A stretch of DNA of 64,000 nucleotides. Origin: Paraspadella gotoi. Its lineage: Eukaryota; Animalia; Chaetognatha. Below are positions 23,501-36,162 of this stretch, in pieces. The number at the start of each line of letters is the position of its first letter. Position 1 is the first letter of the stretch. The notes below the pieces were generated by a model that ran no database searches, had not been told where the DNA came from, and worked only from the letters and a program-made list of their open reading frames with translations. A program made the position numbers and the translations under genes. The stretch is taken from contig CM119271.1 of NCBI GenBank assembly GCA_051294375.1, positions 5,817,991 to 5,881,990 on the forward strand, given 5' to 3'.

Positions 23501-24488
23501 GGGTTCAGCTTAAGTTTATTTTGAATGTTCCTTTATCTTACAAAAAGCTTCTTTCTTGGTAGAGCTTTCTAGTAAAATAGGGCAAAAACTGTTTTGTTTT
23601 AAAAAAAAGAGATTAAAACCTCTGGTGGATATAACTAAATTTTATTGCCATTTTGTTTTTAAAAATGCTCTTTTGTTGGTACAGCCATCTGGTTTATTAA
23701 GACTAAAACATATAAAAAATTATTATTTTGTTGAACAGGTGCAGACAGAAGAGCAAATTTCTATAGAAAGTAACGGGAAAATGCTCACAATAGAGAAAGT
23801 AAGAAACAAATCCTAGTTGCAAGAAAAAGTTAAATAGACGAAAAAAAAATGAAAAACAAGAAATGTACAATTTCTGAAGTGATTTACAAATAACACTTTT
23901 ACCGTATCATCAGTAAAAATTAGGTTCATTTTTAACTTTTAATTTACTACCATCTACACTAACTTTTTTCAAGTTACTACATTAGTCCAAGCATATAAAT
24001 ATTAGAAGGAATAACTGGATTTAAAAATAATAAAAATAATAAAAATAATATCATAATCTATCATCTATCACCAAAGAAATTTGCATGGTGATAATTTATT
24101 TTTCTTTTCATAGGAAAGTGAGAAAAAAATTCACATCACCTTGTTCTTGAAGAAACAAAAATTTAATAATTATGAAAAAAAAAACATTTTGAAGAAAATT
24201 GGGCGAGTTGATCACTACTTTCCCAATTGACTTGAGAAGAAAGACTCACATAATCAGAACAAGCGTAATTTAAGGAACAAAACGTTATGCTTTTAGCTTC
24301 CCCCCCCCGTCATTTGATTCTTTTTAAAAAAAGCTTAGCCAGTTGGGCCAACGTAAATACACCATGTTCTTTTTTCTCCTAATCTCACTAACTTGATTGG
24401 TGCCTGCGCCAGGCGCCAAGGTTCCCCCCATAGGGGCTTCGTCCGACCCAAAGCCGAATCCGTCCAAAACTTTGGTAAATTTTTTCAT
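8581..24488 (-). CDS. STXBP5: Tomosyn / syntaxin-binding protein 5 (WD40 Lgl-like propellers plus C-terminal R-SNARE motif), 20 coding exons, ~1414 aa
   Basis: Exons (- strand): 24488-24393, 23167-23041, 22655-22535, 22380-22257, 21993-21898, 21590-21448, 17031-16914, 16203-16050, 15506-15358, 14887-14722, 13901-13744, 12803-12632, 12521-12426, 12199-11287, 10925-10748, 10564-9728, 9629-9414, 9223-9047, 8851-8742, 8674-8581. All introns are GT-AG and phases are consistent. Tomosyn-typical motifs: MKKFTKVLDG, VRHGFPYQPS, SKWLYVGTERGN, FENPYPMDIHESPVT, ITGHADGSVKFWDAS, LDREELFG, ERGEKLGHLDDKT and C-terminal HEIMLRYKNKKWYQL*. Boundaries in the low-complexity exons 14-16 are less certain. Confidence 0.95.
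13096..13320 (+). mobile_element. Dispersed structured repeat family A, copy 1 (tomosyn intron 11)
   Basis: Shares TTCAATATAAGCAGTCCCTGA...GGATCAGGC...CCGGG...GGAGGCGAATGACTTGCCTCC with copies near 43227, 57483 and 63806. Contains multiple hairpins. Confidence 0.75.
17261..18034 (+). mobile_element. DINE-1/HINE-like non-autonomous Helentron element, family B
   Basis: 5' GTCGGATCTGC...GCAGATCCCGAC hairpin, GTCC microsatellite, 3' subterminal inverted copy GCAGATCCGAC, then the short stem-loop GTTTGCTCAAAC. Several other copies occur in the window. Confidence 0.65.
18756..18788 (+). other. 3' fragment of tRNA-Lys(CTT) (positions 44-76 including CCA); an extended primer-binding site when read on the minus strand. 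Not a tRNA gene.
   Basis: GGGTCGTGGGTTCGAGCCCCACATTGGGCGCCA matches the variable loop, T arm, acceptor strand and CCA of eukaryotic tRNA-Lys(CTT), with 1 mismatch to the vertebrate sequence as recalled. Its reverse complement begins TGGCGCCCAA, the classic Lys1,2 PBS, 2 nt from the LTR end. Confidence 0.88.
18791..19452 (-). mobile_element. Retroelement LTR (662 bp), followed by a tRNA-Lys PBS
   Basis: The minus strand starts TGTTACG and ends CGCAACA (terminal inverted repeat). It then reads, in U3-R-U5 order: 60-bp tandem repeats (19261-19431), CCAAT boxes (19198-19202, 19136-19140), TATAAAAA (19085-19078), AATAAA signals (18868-18908), then CA-TC-PBS. Confidence 0.88.
19261..19431. repeat. 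60-bp tandem repeat (two full copies and one with a 9-bp deletion) in LTR U3
   Basis: The unit GAGAAnAnTAGCTCAGGTACCTCTCTCTTCCTTCCTATCCTTAGGTTGCTGAGCAGGGGT starts at 19261, 19321 and 19381. Confidence 0.95.
20143..20424. mobile_element. Probable solo LTR (282 bp) with 4-bp TSD ATAT
   Basis: GC-rich island beginning TGAAGAGAC and ending GTCACTACA (7/9 inverted match, TG...CA). Flanked by ATAT at 20139-20142 and 20425-20428. Confidence 0.65.
23440..23800 (+). repeat. Dispersed repeat family D
   Basis: Inverted homology to ~37370-37760 (e.g. TTTTGAATGTTCCTTTATCTTACAAAAAGC vs GCTTTTTGTAAGACAAAGGAACATTCAAAA). A fragment lies at ~56280-56350. Boundaries are approximate. Confidence 0.6.
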
Positions 24489-24659
24489 TTTGAGTCTGAT
24501 GCATTGACGTCCGAAACCTTAAATAAAAAAAATCGATGTTAACTTTCAAGATTTTTTTTGTTTCTTACATCACAAGCAAAAATTAATATGAATTTTATTA
24601 TGCAAAAAAAAAAAAAGAATTCTGGTAACCGTAAGAATACAATAACTTTTTCAAAAACT

Positions 24660-24805
24660 ACCCTAAACCCTAATCACTCCTAACCGCTAACCCTAACATC
24701 CCAACTACTCTTAACCCTCACCCTAACCAACCCTTAACCCTAACTAGCCTTATCTACCCCTAACCTTAACTATCCCTAACCCCTTATCAGCACTAAACCC
24801 TAACC
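24660..24805. repeat. Degenerate CCCTAA (telomere-like) tract
   Basis: Multiple CCCTAA/CCTTAA/CCCTAAA units. Similar short tracts occur at ~34920-35000 and ~43640-43685. Confidence 0.55.
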
Positions 24806-24889
24806 ATTAGAGTGAAGTGAAAATTTGGAATAAAAATTTCGCAGTAATATCTTGAAAACTATCTTATTAGTGAATAATAGTCTGAAATT

Positions 24890-25320
24890 TCTATAATTCA
24901 CTTTTTCGGTCTGTCGGTCGCCCCCATTTTCTTGTCGGTAAGTCACTTATTTCACCTCAGAACATCAAATTTTAAAAAAATATACATTATTTTAATTATT
25001 TCGTTTCGTTGCGTAGGTAGCATTAAAGAAAAAAGTTGCAGACAACGAATTAAATTCGTTGTCTGAAACAAAAATAAAAACTTTTTCCTTTAAAAAAATT
25101 ATTCAAAAACAATATGTCCGTCCGTCCCCCCTGAGTTTTGAACGCCAATTACTCATGAATGGATGTGGCGATTGATTTGAAATTTTGTGGGTGTGTAATT
25201 AAGCAGGAAATCAAGTATCGATTGAATCGTCCTAGTGGAAATGAGTTTAAATGGAAAAAACTATTTGATTTTGCTTTTTTTCTTTTTACATAAAATGTAA
25301 ATGCAAGCAACATTATTCAA
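24890..25320 (+). mobile_element. HINE-like family B, partial copy
   Basis: CTATAATTCACTTT...GTCCGTCCGTCC...CCAATTACTCATGAATGGATG...GTGGAAATGAGTTTAAATGG is shared with 17261-18034. Confidence 0.6.
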
Positions 25321-28300
25321 TTAATCAATTAACATTAACTTCAGTAGCTTTATTCTGTTTGCAGGAAGAACTATTAAATTCCACAAGGAACTTCTACATC
25401 GACTTCCTTCATTCCCCATCGTTCCCCAAAGACGATCGAAACACAACAACAACCACCTTAATGAAAATAGGACGCGGTCGATCGCGTTCAGACGCGAACC
25501 AAACAATGAAAACTTGGGTCGCCGACGAAAACATTGTAACACTGACGAAGCTTTGATCTCGATTTCCTCGCCGACGGGACGCCGGATATATAGGCGGCGG
25601 AGAAAGTAATTTCCCTTTCACGCTTGGCACCGATCGGAGATTTAATACCATTAATAGTCGAAAAGTGGGAAACGTTTTTCACGATTTCTCCGTTTCCCAT
25701 TTTCATTGTCTCTCGTTTCCAACTCCCGATCCGAGCCGTTTCCGCGTCCCCATTCATCAATCATCATCCCATGAATAATATGTTGTCGCGTCAAGAAAAA
25801 CTCGATCTAAATAAAATTTTTATCGAAACAATTTTTAAAAAGGTTTTTTTTTTCATTTCTCTATTGACTCTCGGGAATTTTTTTTTATTATATATTACTC
25901 GCCACTCATGCAAATGAGCCGAGTTTGCTTATTCCGCAGTGTTCATTAATAATTTATGTTTTTGATTTGACTCTCCTTCGTTCAAGGATAAAAACCGACG
26001 CAGTTGCGCCAGAGACAAGGACGCCGGAAACCCGCCCCCCGAATCTATGGTCGAACGCCGGATTAGTCACCATAGTATCACAGAATGCCTGTATAGGCGC
26101 TTCATAAAAGATGTCGAATCAGCAATCAGAAAAAAACCGCACGCCGAGAGATGCGCCCGAAAGAAGAAGCTCGGGAGAGAAAGAGCCGTCTGGAAGAATT
26201 TATTGCGAAGCTTGTAAAGAGAAAAAGCGCTATACCAGCGAGAGTGAAGAACTAGGATGAGAGAGAGAGAGAGAAAAAACAGAAAAATAAAAGTTTTTAT
26301 TTCTATTTTTTAATTATTTCGAATTTGAATTTTAAAAGAGTCGCGAGTCTCAAGTCTTTTAACGCGGATCTCTGTTGAGGTCGGGAGACGTGATTAAAAA
26401 TGAAAATCGGGCGTCACAAAAACTTCGTCTCCTTCGCCCCGACTTTTCTTCTCGTATTTAATAATTTAAGAATATTAGCCGCGTTAAGGTAAATATATGG
26501 TTTATATAGGTTTATATCTCTAACGTTGTCAGTCATGAAACTTTTTGAAAACTTTTTCTCTCTCATAAAACATTATAAAATCTTTATGGTGATCATCGAT
26601 AAGGCTGACTGCAGCACATTTTGCACAATGCACATTAAGGCGGGCCAAATTTTTTTGCAATATAAAACAGGCTTTTATCATTACGAAATTGATTAATTTT
26701 ACATTTAAATTAATTCATTTTATTCAAGTATGGAAGCGTTTTAATATTTAATAATATATAAAAAATTACTAAAAAATATTTTTATATTTAAATTTTTTCT
26801 AATGTATTCTAATAGAGATCAAAAAGTTAAATAAAATTATTATTACAATTTTTTAAAATTTTAATTATAAACGGGTCAAAAATTTAAAAACCTCAAAAAA
26901 TGAGTTTTAAGAAAAAACCATATTTTACAGGCTCAAAAGTTTTTATAGGCACTTGGTTATTGCGTGAAAAACTACTTAAAAGTCGAAACTGCCCGAGTCT
27001 TAATTTTTTTTCGGAAAGATGATTGAAAAATTTGCAATTTGGCCGGAAATGCTCATTTTGTCCCATGATTCCTTTTCAATCTTGGATTACACACACAATC
27101 ACATCACATTCTTAACTAATGACTTCCTAACAGTAACGATGAATGATATCTAATAAAAAACCAAGAGCAGGTACAGAGAAAGTGTTTTAAACTTGTGTTG
27201 TTTGTATATTTTAACTTTGGGATGCATTCTCCATTTCATCCCCAGACTAACACTTAGATATAGCAATAATTCTACCATAATTTAAACCAATTATAACAAA
27301 TTTAAACCTAAATGTTTTTTATATCATAAAATTCGTGGTATGTATAAAACAAGTAATATTGCCATTTTCATAATCATTTGTTCGAAAATGAGTAACTTTC
27401 GTTCTAAGACAACTGCTTTAACCATTTTTCAATTTTTTTCGTCCTTTATAAATCTCTTAGACATCACATCCCTTAATCCCTTAATCCCCCCTCCAATCAG
27501 AGTAACTCCTAGTCCAAGCCTCCCCTACATTCTCTTCATTGCCTTGAAGCCAATCGGATTTTTTTTTTCATTTTCGCGCCACCGCTTTTTTCTCCGTTTC
27601 TTTCTCTTCTTTTCCATTTTGTCCCCCTCCTTCTTCCCCTCGCTCCCTCTGGTTCTGAATCTGATGACCCGCCTCCGCATTTCTGCCTGGAGAAAAAAAA
27701 AAGAGCGAAAAGGCGAAGATGAAAAAAGAGAAGGGAGAGAGAAAGACAAGTTCACAATTTGAGGTAATCTTCAACTGTCCCTCGCGTTAAAGATTAATCG
27801 TTTAAATCGGCATGAACGTAGGATCTCGGGGAACAACGACGGAAGTCTGATTCTGGAAATTCTTACTTGACTACAGCGTAATATACGTACATAACACAGG
27901 GTACATACGCCTATAGATAGTCTTTAGCTTTTAGAATCTTCCCGTAATCGAGCGTCCAAAAAACTACTATTTGTTTACAAAAACTTTATTATCAAGTTTG
28001 ATATTTGATCAATGAGCATTGAGCAAAAATTTTATTTTACTGCATTTTCACGGTAATTGCTGTATAGTTTGAACTGTGTAAGCATAAACACGCCAGTGAT
28101 ATTAGCTGTTCACTGCAGGTCCAAAGCCCTGAGCGCCAGCTGTCGGGAGATGCCTCAGTTGTATGTCAGTTATAACCGACGGCAGAATCTTGTTCGACGA
28201 AATAAAAATTAACGCAAAAATTTAAATTGAAGGCAGATTAATGCTTTCCTGTAAAGTCTTGAAAAAACTTGGGAATATCCCTCGTAATATTGTCCTTTTT

Positions 28301-30689
28301 ATTTAGTATTTATCTTGAATCCAAAGTTTTTTTCGCTCGATATCTAGAGCATCTACCGTTATGAAAGGATATCGAGCGGCATGTATTAAATATTAAATAT
28401 CTCACGCTTTATTGCTTTATTTCATTGTCTCGTTATGCTCCCCATAGGCCCAACGTTTTTAGTCTCACTTTGTTGATTACCCCTTTTCATTTTTCCTTCA
28501 TCCCTTTTGTCTTTTTTTCCCTTTGCTCTCCGTTCAGTTCGTCAATTTTCATCAGTCGCTTCTTTCATTGTTCGCTTTTCCTCTTCGTTCTTTCCTTTTT
28601 CGTCACCCAAGCGACGGTTTGCCACTCGGCTCTATTTCTTTCCTTCTCCACTGTTGTCTCATCTTTTCTTCTAATTACGCCTATGTTTTCGCCCGTGCAC
28701 CGTCGCGCGGCTTGCCTGTCCATCAGTCGTTGTCGGACGTGGCTCAAGTCATTCGTAACTCTTCTTCAGTTGGATGGTTAAAGAGACGATCGTTTCGTCT
28801 TTGTCCTGTCCACCTCTTCACGAGCTCATTTATCAGTAGTTGCTCGGGCCCATTCATCTAAGCCCGATTTTCCGTATTTGGGACAGTTCGCTCCCCTTCT
28901 TTGCAAATGGGCCGCAACAGTATGACTTGATTCACTCAACTTTAAATTTACAAGCCTATAATCTACTACGTAGTAGAACTTTCTGTTATCATTAACCGAA
29001 TTTGGAATCCCTCTCATAATCCCGATCAATTTAATTAAGACATCTACTTAAAATAACAATCAAAATCCTATTAATTTTACCATTTATTTTTATATCTTAA
29101 TCTGCTGCATTTTACCTGCATTCTAGATTGCCTACCTCTTGCTTCCCTTTTTGTCTGTTTTTTCTGTTCTTTTCATCGGCGTATAGTATATTTACGTAAA
29201 CACCATGAAATTACCTTCAACCGTACGTCACTCTTATGCCCTTTATTCGTAACCCATTACCCATGATACGCTGAAATCTGGGCGATTTCCGTCATAACAT
29301 AGAATACTGAATACGGTAATCATTCTGAAATTTTGTCTGCGAAGTCAAACCCGATTCTGTCATAACACAAATCAACAAGGGGACGAGAGAAGCCCTTTTT
29401 TTCGTAGGCGGGCGTTGATAAGTGTGCTTCTTCCCCGGTGATTTGAAGACGCTTCCTTAGCTTCCTTCTCGCGCCATTGCTTCCCGGATTGTGTTTTGGG
29501 TCGATCGCAAGGAATCTTATTTCTTTCATTCCACGCGCTCCTCTCTCGCCCAGTTTTTCTGAATCTGATGTAATATTAATGACCTAACCGGGCGCATGAA
29601 AAAAGCTCCGTTTTACCACGTGGACGGGCTTAGTTAACATGCAAAATTTATACTATCATATCCTCTTTTAGCTTTTTTTATTTTTTAGATATTTCTAAAA
29701 AAATAAAAAAACAAAAAATCGAGGTTTATTAAAAGGAAAAACTAAACCATAAAACCGATTTCTTTTAATTTTACTAATCGTAGGTTGAATGGAGTGGGAA
29801 GGGCGGCGAGGAGGCCGCCATACTTCTTCTGAATCACCCCCTCAGTCGTCGTCAACGACTTTCTCAATTAGCGCCTTTTTTTGCTTGGAGTCCCCAAAGG
29901 AGGCCGAGGTGTTTGAATATGGTAGAAACTCACTCGTTGACTCTAATCGAAAACTGGTGCTCTAATATAAATCGTTGTCGCCATTGTGGTCGGCGCTCGC
30001 AGATCATCATTGACCGCCATCAAAATGCCATTGGCGATCATAATCGAACGTCATTTGTTGTCATCGTCATCATCGTCATCATTCTCTCATAATTATGTTT
30101 AACCCCCTTGAGCCTCATCGACCGGCCTTCGTCCATAAATCGACGGTTATTTTTGGAGACTTTTTTTTTTAGATTAGCGAGGTGTTAAGAAATATGCACA
30201 TTTCTCACATGGCATTAAAAATCATGTTTAAAATTTTACACTAAGATTAACCCTTGGATTTTCTTATTTATGTCTTCCTGTACTCCGACCTTACCTTAGG
30301 TTGCATTGATTCGTTAAATAAAGAATCATTTGAAGTTATAAAGCTATAAAATATATAAAATAGACCCAATAAAGAAAATCTTAGTAGCATCCAAGTGTTT
30401 TTTCTGCAAGGAATTCCCAATTTGAATAATCATGACGCGATGGGGAGCGATAAAAACAGCTCTTCCCATCTTATCGCCCTTGGCAAAGACAGATAAAGAG
30501 AGCAAAGAAGAGAGGAGCTACTAAAAGCTTTACAGATCTACTTATCCTTGAGAGAAACTAAGTTCATTGACTCGTAATTGGGAGTCGTAAGTCGTAACCG
30601 CTGAACAAATCGCGTGTTTGATTTTTCAATTTTATCAAATCCGGAACTCGTGCTTCGATTTGGATACGCTACACACTACACCATCACAC

Positions 30690-30780
30690 TTAACCAGCTT
30701 GAACGTGAGGGGATTTAACCAGGAACTCACGGTTAGAGAACGAGTACTTAGCTGTCAAGGTCAATAGGACGAGCTGAGTT
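30690..30780 (-). mobile_element. Possible degenerate tRNA-derived SINE head
   Basis: The minus strand has a B-box-like GGTTAAATCC preceded by a weak A-box-like segment. Single degenerate copy. Confidence 0.25.
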
Positions 30781-31204
30781 TCACCAGGCATTATCACATA
30801 TTTATTAACCCACAAAATTTCAGGTCAATCGCCTTTTCCACACACGAGTAATTGGAGTTCAAAGTTAAGGGGGGACGGAAGGACGGACGGACATCGTTTT
30901 TTTGCCGGCAAGACTTAGGAGTGGGATCGACTAAACGAGCATAAATTGTAGAAATAGTATGTCGAGACCTCAAACGACAATTTTATTTCGTAAACAAGAA
31001 AACAATATTGTATCTGACACCCGCATCTTGAACGTTTTATAAAACTACGAAAATTTCAAAGAACTGCCTAGAGGTTTAATTAAAGCAGCAAATCAAAATC
31101 AAAGCCCAACTCAAAGATAAAACTGAATTACCGCAGCTCGGAAAAAAAAAATAATAAAATTAGCTTACATAGTCATAAACCATACGACACTATTCACTAC
31201 TTAC

Positions 31205-31640
31205 CAGGTTTCTAATTCATAAAAGGCAACTCGAGGTAAGGACAACTCCGCTCCGCCTCGTTCAGGTTCTTCACCGCAACGTCTCGAGTCGAGAAACGAA
31301 CCGATAGCTGATGACGCCGGGCATTTCCGGTCGCATCGTCGAGGCGGCGACGCGTTCCCGCGTCGCGCTAATCACGGCGCCATCTTCCAGATTTCGAGAA
31401 ATGGGACGTCAAATCAGACGGGCGGCGGCGACCGGAGAAATCGTTCGCCTATTACGGCGATTTCAGTCTCACACGGGCTCGCGTGCTTCGCGCCGCGGCG
31501 GCTGTCAAATATCTCGAGAGTTTCTATTTTTAGAACTTTGGCAAGGTGAATCACGCGATCACGTCGGTCCTTCCGTTATATCTTTATTACGATTGTATTT
31601 ATTTTTACGGCCGAGAGAAACGTGAGATTTTGGGTATTTC
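31205..31640 (-). promoter_or_regulatory. Candidate CpG-rich non-coding first exon / promoter region of tomosyn
   Basis: CpG-rich island ending in a consensus donor CTG|GTAAGT at 31205/31204. An otherwise unused acceptor (tttttatttaag|) lies 29 nt upstream of the tomosyn ATG, at 24518. The link between them is inferred. Confidence 0.35.
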
Positions 31641-34466
31641 CGCAGTCCTTGGGTACGTGACACGCCGAAACGAAGAGGGAGAGAGAGAGAGCAGAGAGAG
31701 GGAGACTCGATAAGGAGACCAAAAACAAATGTTTAATAAAAAACGCTGAGGTTGAATCGGTGCTGGTGTTGTGTATCTCTCTCGGGATAGAGAGAAGGAA
31801 AGAGGAAAGAAAGAAGGAGAGCGAGTCGAGTAGAACGAAAGAATGAATCAACAACTAGTGCCACCCGCGCGTAGTCGATCCCTTCTCCTCTTCCCCCTCT
31901 CCTTCGACCTTGACCACCTTCTCCTCTTCCTCCCTTCGCCTCTTTCCTTTTCCCGGGCGTTATCCTCTTCCTCCCAACTCCTCCTCCTCTTCCTCCTCCT
32001 CCCAGGGAGTCTCCTTCTTTGCTTCCTATCCTCTTCCTCGACAACCCTCTTCTTTCTCCTATTACAGTAAAGGCTTTCTGTCGCCCTGATGCGCTCATCC
32101 TGCTTATCTTTTCAGTTCTTTCTTTCTTTCTTTTCTTGTTATCCTGCTATCCTGCCTTCCGAATGGAAAAAAGAACAAAAATAAAGAACAAAATAAAGAA
32201 CACGGAACAGAGGCAGAACAATTGAGCATCCGCCGCGTTTCCTGCCATCCTTCCGTATATTTTACTTCTTTCTTTCTTTCATCTTTTTCTTCCTTTTTGG
32301 GAAGTTTGCATTTGTTTTTCTGGAGGTCTTTGTGACTTTCCCCATCGCACTCTTTTCTCGTCAGTGCAACCTCGATTGTCAAGGTGACTCTTTGAGTCAC
32401 CATAAATTTACTTGAAAGAATTTTATTTTTAAATCTAGACCCATGGGCATTATTTTAAACCACGCCTCAAACCTTGCATAAGGGTGCCAGCCTCCTATCC
32501 ATCCGTTCCACACAGACATTGTTTGTCCTTTTTATTATACAGCACCAAGGAGCTTTCTCTCTCTCTCTTTCTCTCTCTTACTTTTCCTCCTTCCAAGCAA
32601 AGCGCCGGACCAAGTCTTCCCCATCTGGTCGCGCCATCTCTTTCTCTCTCTCTCTCTCTCTTTCCCTGTTTCTCTCTTTCCCTATCTCTCTTTTTACTCT
32701 GGGGAAACGTTTAACAACCCCCTCTCCTTGCCGCTTCCGCCCGTAATTTCGTTTCAATGACGTCAAATCTCTCTGTCAAGGCAGCATCCCAAAGAGAGAG
32801 GGAAGAGTTGTTTCCTCTTCCCGAGAAACCATGGCAACGTGCAACCCGTATCACGTTGATTCTTCCCTCTCCCTCGGCGCGACAAGCGCGCGCTCGGCGT
32901 TTTTGCTCGCGGGGACGTTAATATATTTTTCTCCTTTTTTTTTCTATCTCTTTTTTTCCTTTTTTTCTCTTGGTTTTACACTCATTTCCTCCCTTTTTTT
33001 TCTCCATTTTTTTGTTTTTATTACGTTTCTCGTGCGATCTGAATGGGCAAGGAAAAGTCCGGAGCGTTTCTTCCTGACTCTCCCCCAACAACATCCCACC
33101 TCGCTCCAACCAACCAATTTTGTAGAACCGGACCGCGTCACAGAGTTCTGTGTTCGTTACGGTGACTCTCGCTAGAATTTGAGTCCATGTCAGGTTTTTC
33201 TCCTTGCTTGTTTCCTCCAATATCTTTTTTTTTTCCTGCTTGTTCTCTCCCTCGACGTTCAAACCGGGGTATAGATTAGAAAGAGGAAGTGCGGTACCAG
33301 ATTGGGAGACAGAGAGAGAGACAGAGAGAGAGAGAAAAGAGAGACAAAGAATAACCTCAAGATTCGACTATATAGGAGGAGAAGAAGAGGTAGCGAAAAA
33401 AAAGGGAGAGAGGCCAACGGTCAAGGTGCAAAGGCCGCGGGAAAAGGGGCCTAAGGTCGCAAACCGGCGGGAAAACGATGGTTTTCGGATAAAGAAAAGG
33501 AAGAAGAGAGAGAAACCCGAGCGAGAACCGAAAACAAGAAGGTGGAAAAGAAAAGTGGAGGAAAAGTTTGAAAGGCGGTAAAGAAAAGAGGACGAAAAGC
33601 GGGAGCAAGCTTGCAAGTGGCTTCGCCAGGCGTTTGGTTAAAAGGTAAATGTTACTACAGTTTTGACTAATTTTATAAAAATTATATGTTTATGAAAACA
33701 TGAAGGGAAGGCTAAAAATAAAAGTTGAGTAAATAAAAAAACTTGAAAAAAAAAATTTTTTAAGGGTATGGTAAATCGGGAAAGCAATTCACCAAAAAAT
33801 ATAACTTTACACGGGAAAACGGAGAAGATAGAAAGAATGGCAAGGAAGAAAAATGGTGGAATGGAGTAAACAAAGGCGGAGAGAAAGTCTATACGAGAAA
33901 AAAGCGGGAAAAGAAAAACTGGGGAAACGAAAACCTCCAGAAAGGAGAAAGAAGAAAAGAGATAAGAAAATTATAAGAGTGGGAAATATATATTGAAAGG
34001 ATATGCGTCACAAAGGGTCGAAAAAGTTTTATGGAAATCTTACGTGAAGACTCGTTTAAAAGCATAGAGAGGGAAGTGAAGAAAAAATAGACGATGTTAG
34101 GTGAGAAAGGGAGTAATGGGAAAAAAGATTGTTGAAAAGATAGATAGGGAAAAAAAACTTTGCAATAACCGGCAAAACAACAAAGTGACAAATGTTTCGT
34201 CACTCATGAAACCCTATGGCTGATGAAACGAGCCATAAAGACGAGACTTTAAAGAAAGAACGAATAAACAAAGTCAAGAGAGAGCGTCACCATGGCGACC
34301 AGGAAAACACGCTCGGAAAAAAAAAAGATTTGGCGCGAAAAAAATAGTCAACGGCCAAACCGACTGGAAAGAGACTTGTCTCCACAAACTCCGTTTTTCA
34401 ATTTTTTTGAGTGTAAACAGTAAACAGAATCCACATTGGATCACTCTCTCTCTCTTCTTCTCTTCT

Positions 34467-34523
<57 letters not shown>

Positions 34524-35244
34524 GTAGAAAAACACGTATCGTGAATTCCGCAGCTTCTGAAATCGCCACGCCCCTCGTCTCCCTCGAAGTCTCGTCACGG
34601 ATGTTATTTCTCATTTGTTTTTTTTTTCAATCCCTTGGAAAGGCGACTGTATTAGACGTTTTTTAGTCAGTCGGTCTATCAATATTTTTTTTTTAAAAAT
34701 GTTAACTTACTAAAATATATGTCTTACAAAAGAAAGTTTTGTCGTCTAAATCACAGGTTTACTAAGCTCAATTGAGAAAAAGGCAAAGAGGAAAAAGATG
34801 AAAAGGAGGAACTGCATCAAGATCAGAAGGAAGAGAAGAAGCCGGAAGGGCAATTTTTTCCCAGAACGCGTCATTTTATCTTAAATTTGAAATTAAGTTA
34901 ATTTTTATAGTTATAGATTGGATTAAAGGTTAAGGTTAAAGATTAGGGTAGGGATGAAGGTCAGAAACTTGGTTTTAGTTTTAGGGACTAGTATTTAGGA
35001 TTAGTTTTTCAGATAACCGCTTCGCCTTTCTATTCTCTTTCCTCCCTTTTTTTTTTTCGGCTCCTCCCTCCCGCCTCTCTTACCCCTCTCACCACAGAAG
35101 TCCCGATTTTTTTTTTTTAATCGGGAGGGTCAGTGTGTCACGTGATCGAGCAGAGGGCGCGCCGAGGAATCTCAAAGGGATCATTTTAGACTTAGGATCG
35201 TGCCAATGTGAATGTTCCCCATCCCCTTTTCCGAAAGACACTCG

Positions 35245-35268
35245 CTCTCTCGCGCTCTCTCTCTCTCT

Positions 35269-35359
<91 letters not shown>

Positions 35360-35380
35360 CTCCTCTATCTCTCTCTCTCT
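35245..35380. repeat. (CT)n microsatellite
   Basis: Visible CT run. Similar runs at 34443-34517, 48894-49001 and 55030-55130. Confidence 0.95.
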
Positions 35381-35667
35381 CCCCCTGACGGCTTTATTTT
35401 TTGACGTGTTTTTTTTTTATCAGAGCGCGGCCTTCTGTTTATATACGAAAACTCGAGATCAAGATGTCGCGAAGAAAAGTGAGGAAAATATGCAACGAAA
35501 AAAAAAAAAGTAATAAATATGGAAAATCAAAGAAGAGCGTGTCTGCGAAAAGAGGAATTCCTCCGGGGGGGGGGGAAAGAGGAAAGTTGAAAAAAGGTCA
35601 GAATCAAAGGTCGAGCTCAGCTGAGTCGTGTAATTCTGCATTTTTTTTTCTCTTTTTTTTTTCTCTT

Positions 35668-36162
35668 TTTAGCCGGATCTGCTTGCAGCAGATTTCGATT
35701 ATGCAATTCACTTTGTCGGTCCGTCGGTCCCACTCCAAAATCTTGTCAGCGAGTTACTTAAATTAAATCAAATCATAATAAATTACGCCAAAAGTCCGTC
35801 CGTCCGTCCGTCCGTCTGTCTGATCGTCTGCATGCCGCATTATTAAATTAATTAACTATTTAATTAATTAATGATTAATTATTAAATTATTATAAGAACG
35901 AAAACGACAAAAAAAACAAAGAAGATGTCAAAAAATTATAACCCAATGACGTCGCCAGAAAACTTAATAATAACTTAATTATAACTTAATAATAATTAAT
36001 TATTAATTGTTGGTATTAATTAATTAACTAATCATTAATCATTATTACCTAAATAATTAATAAATAAATCATAATTAATTAGTTAACAATTAATAATTAA
36101 TTAATTAATCAATTACCGATAATGATCGTGGACAAATCCGGCATTGTTTGCTCAAAATTGTT
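35668..36162 (+). mobile_element. HINE-like family B, full-length copy
   Basis: 5' GCCGGATCTGCTTGCAGCAGAT hairpin, (GTCC)n at ~35794-35820, 3' AAATCCGGCATTGTTTGCTCAAAATTGTT. Confidence 0.65.

Noticed and set aside
31733-34203. Cluster of 60-125-aa ORFs in purine/pyrimidine-skewed DNA
   Set aside because: Low-complexity F/S/L or K/R/E translations with no recognisable domains or consistent splice structure.
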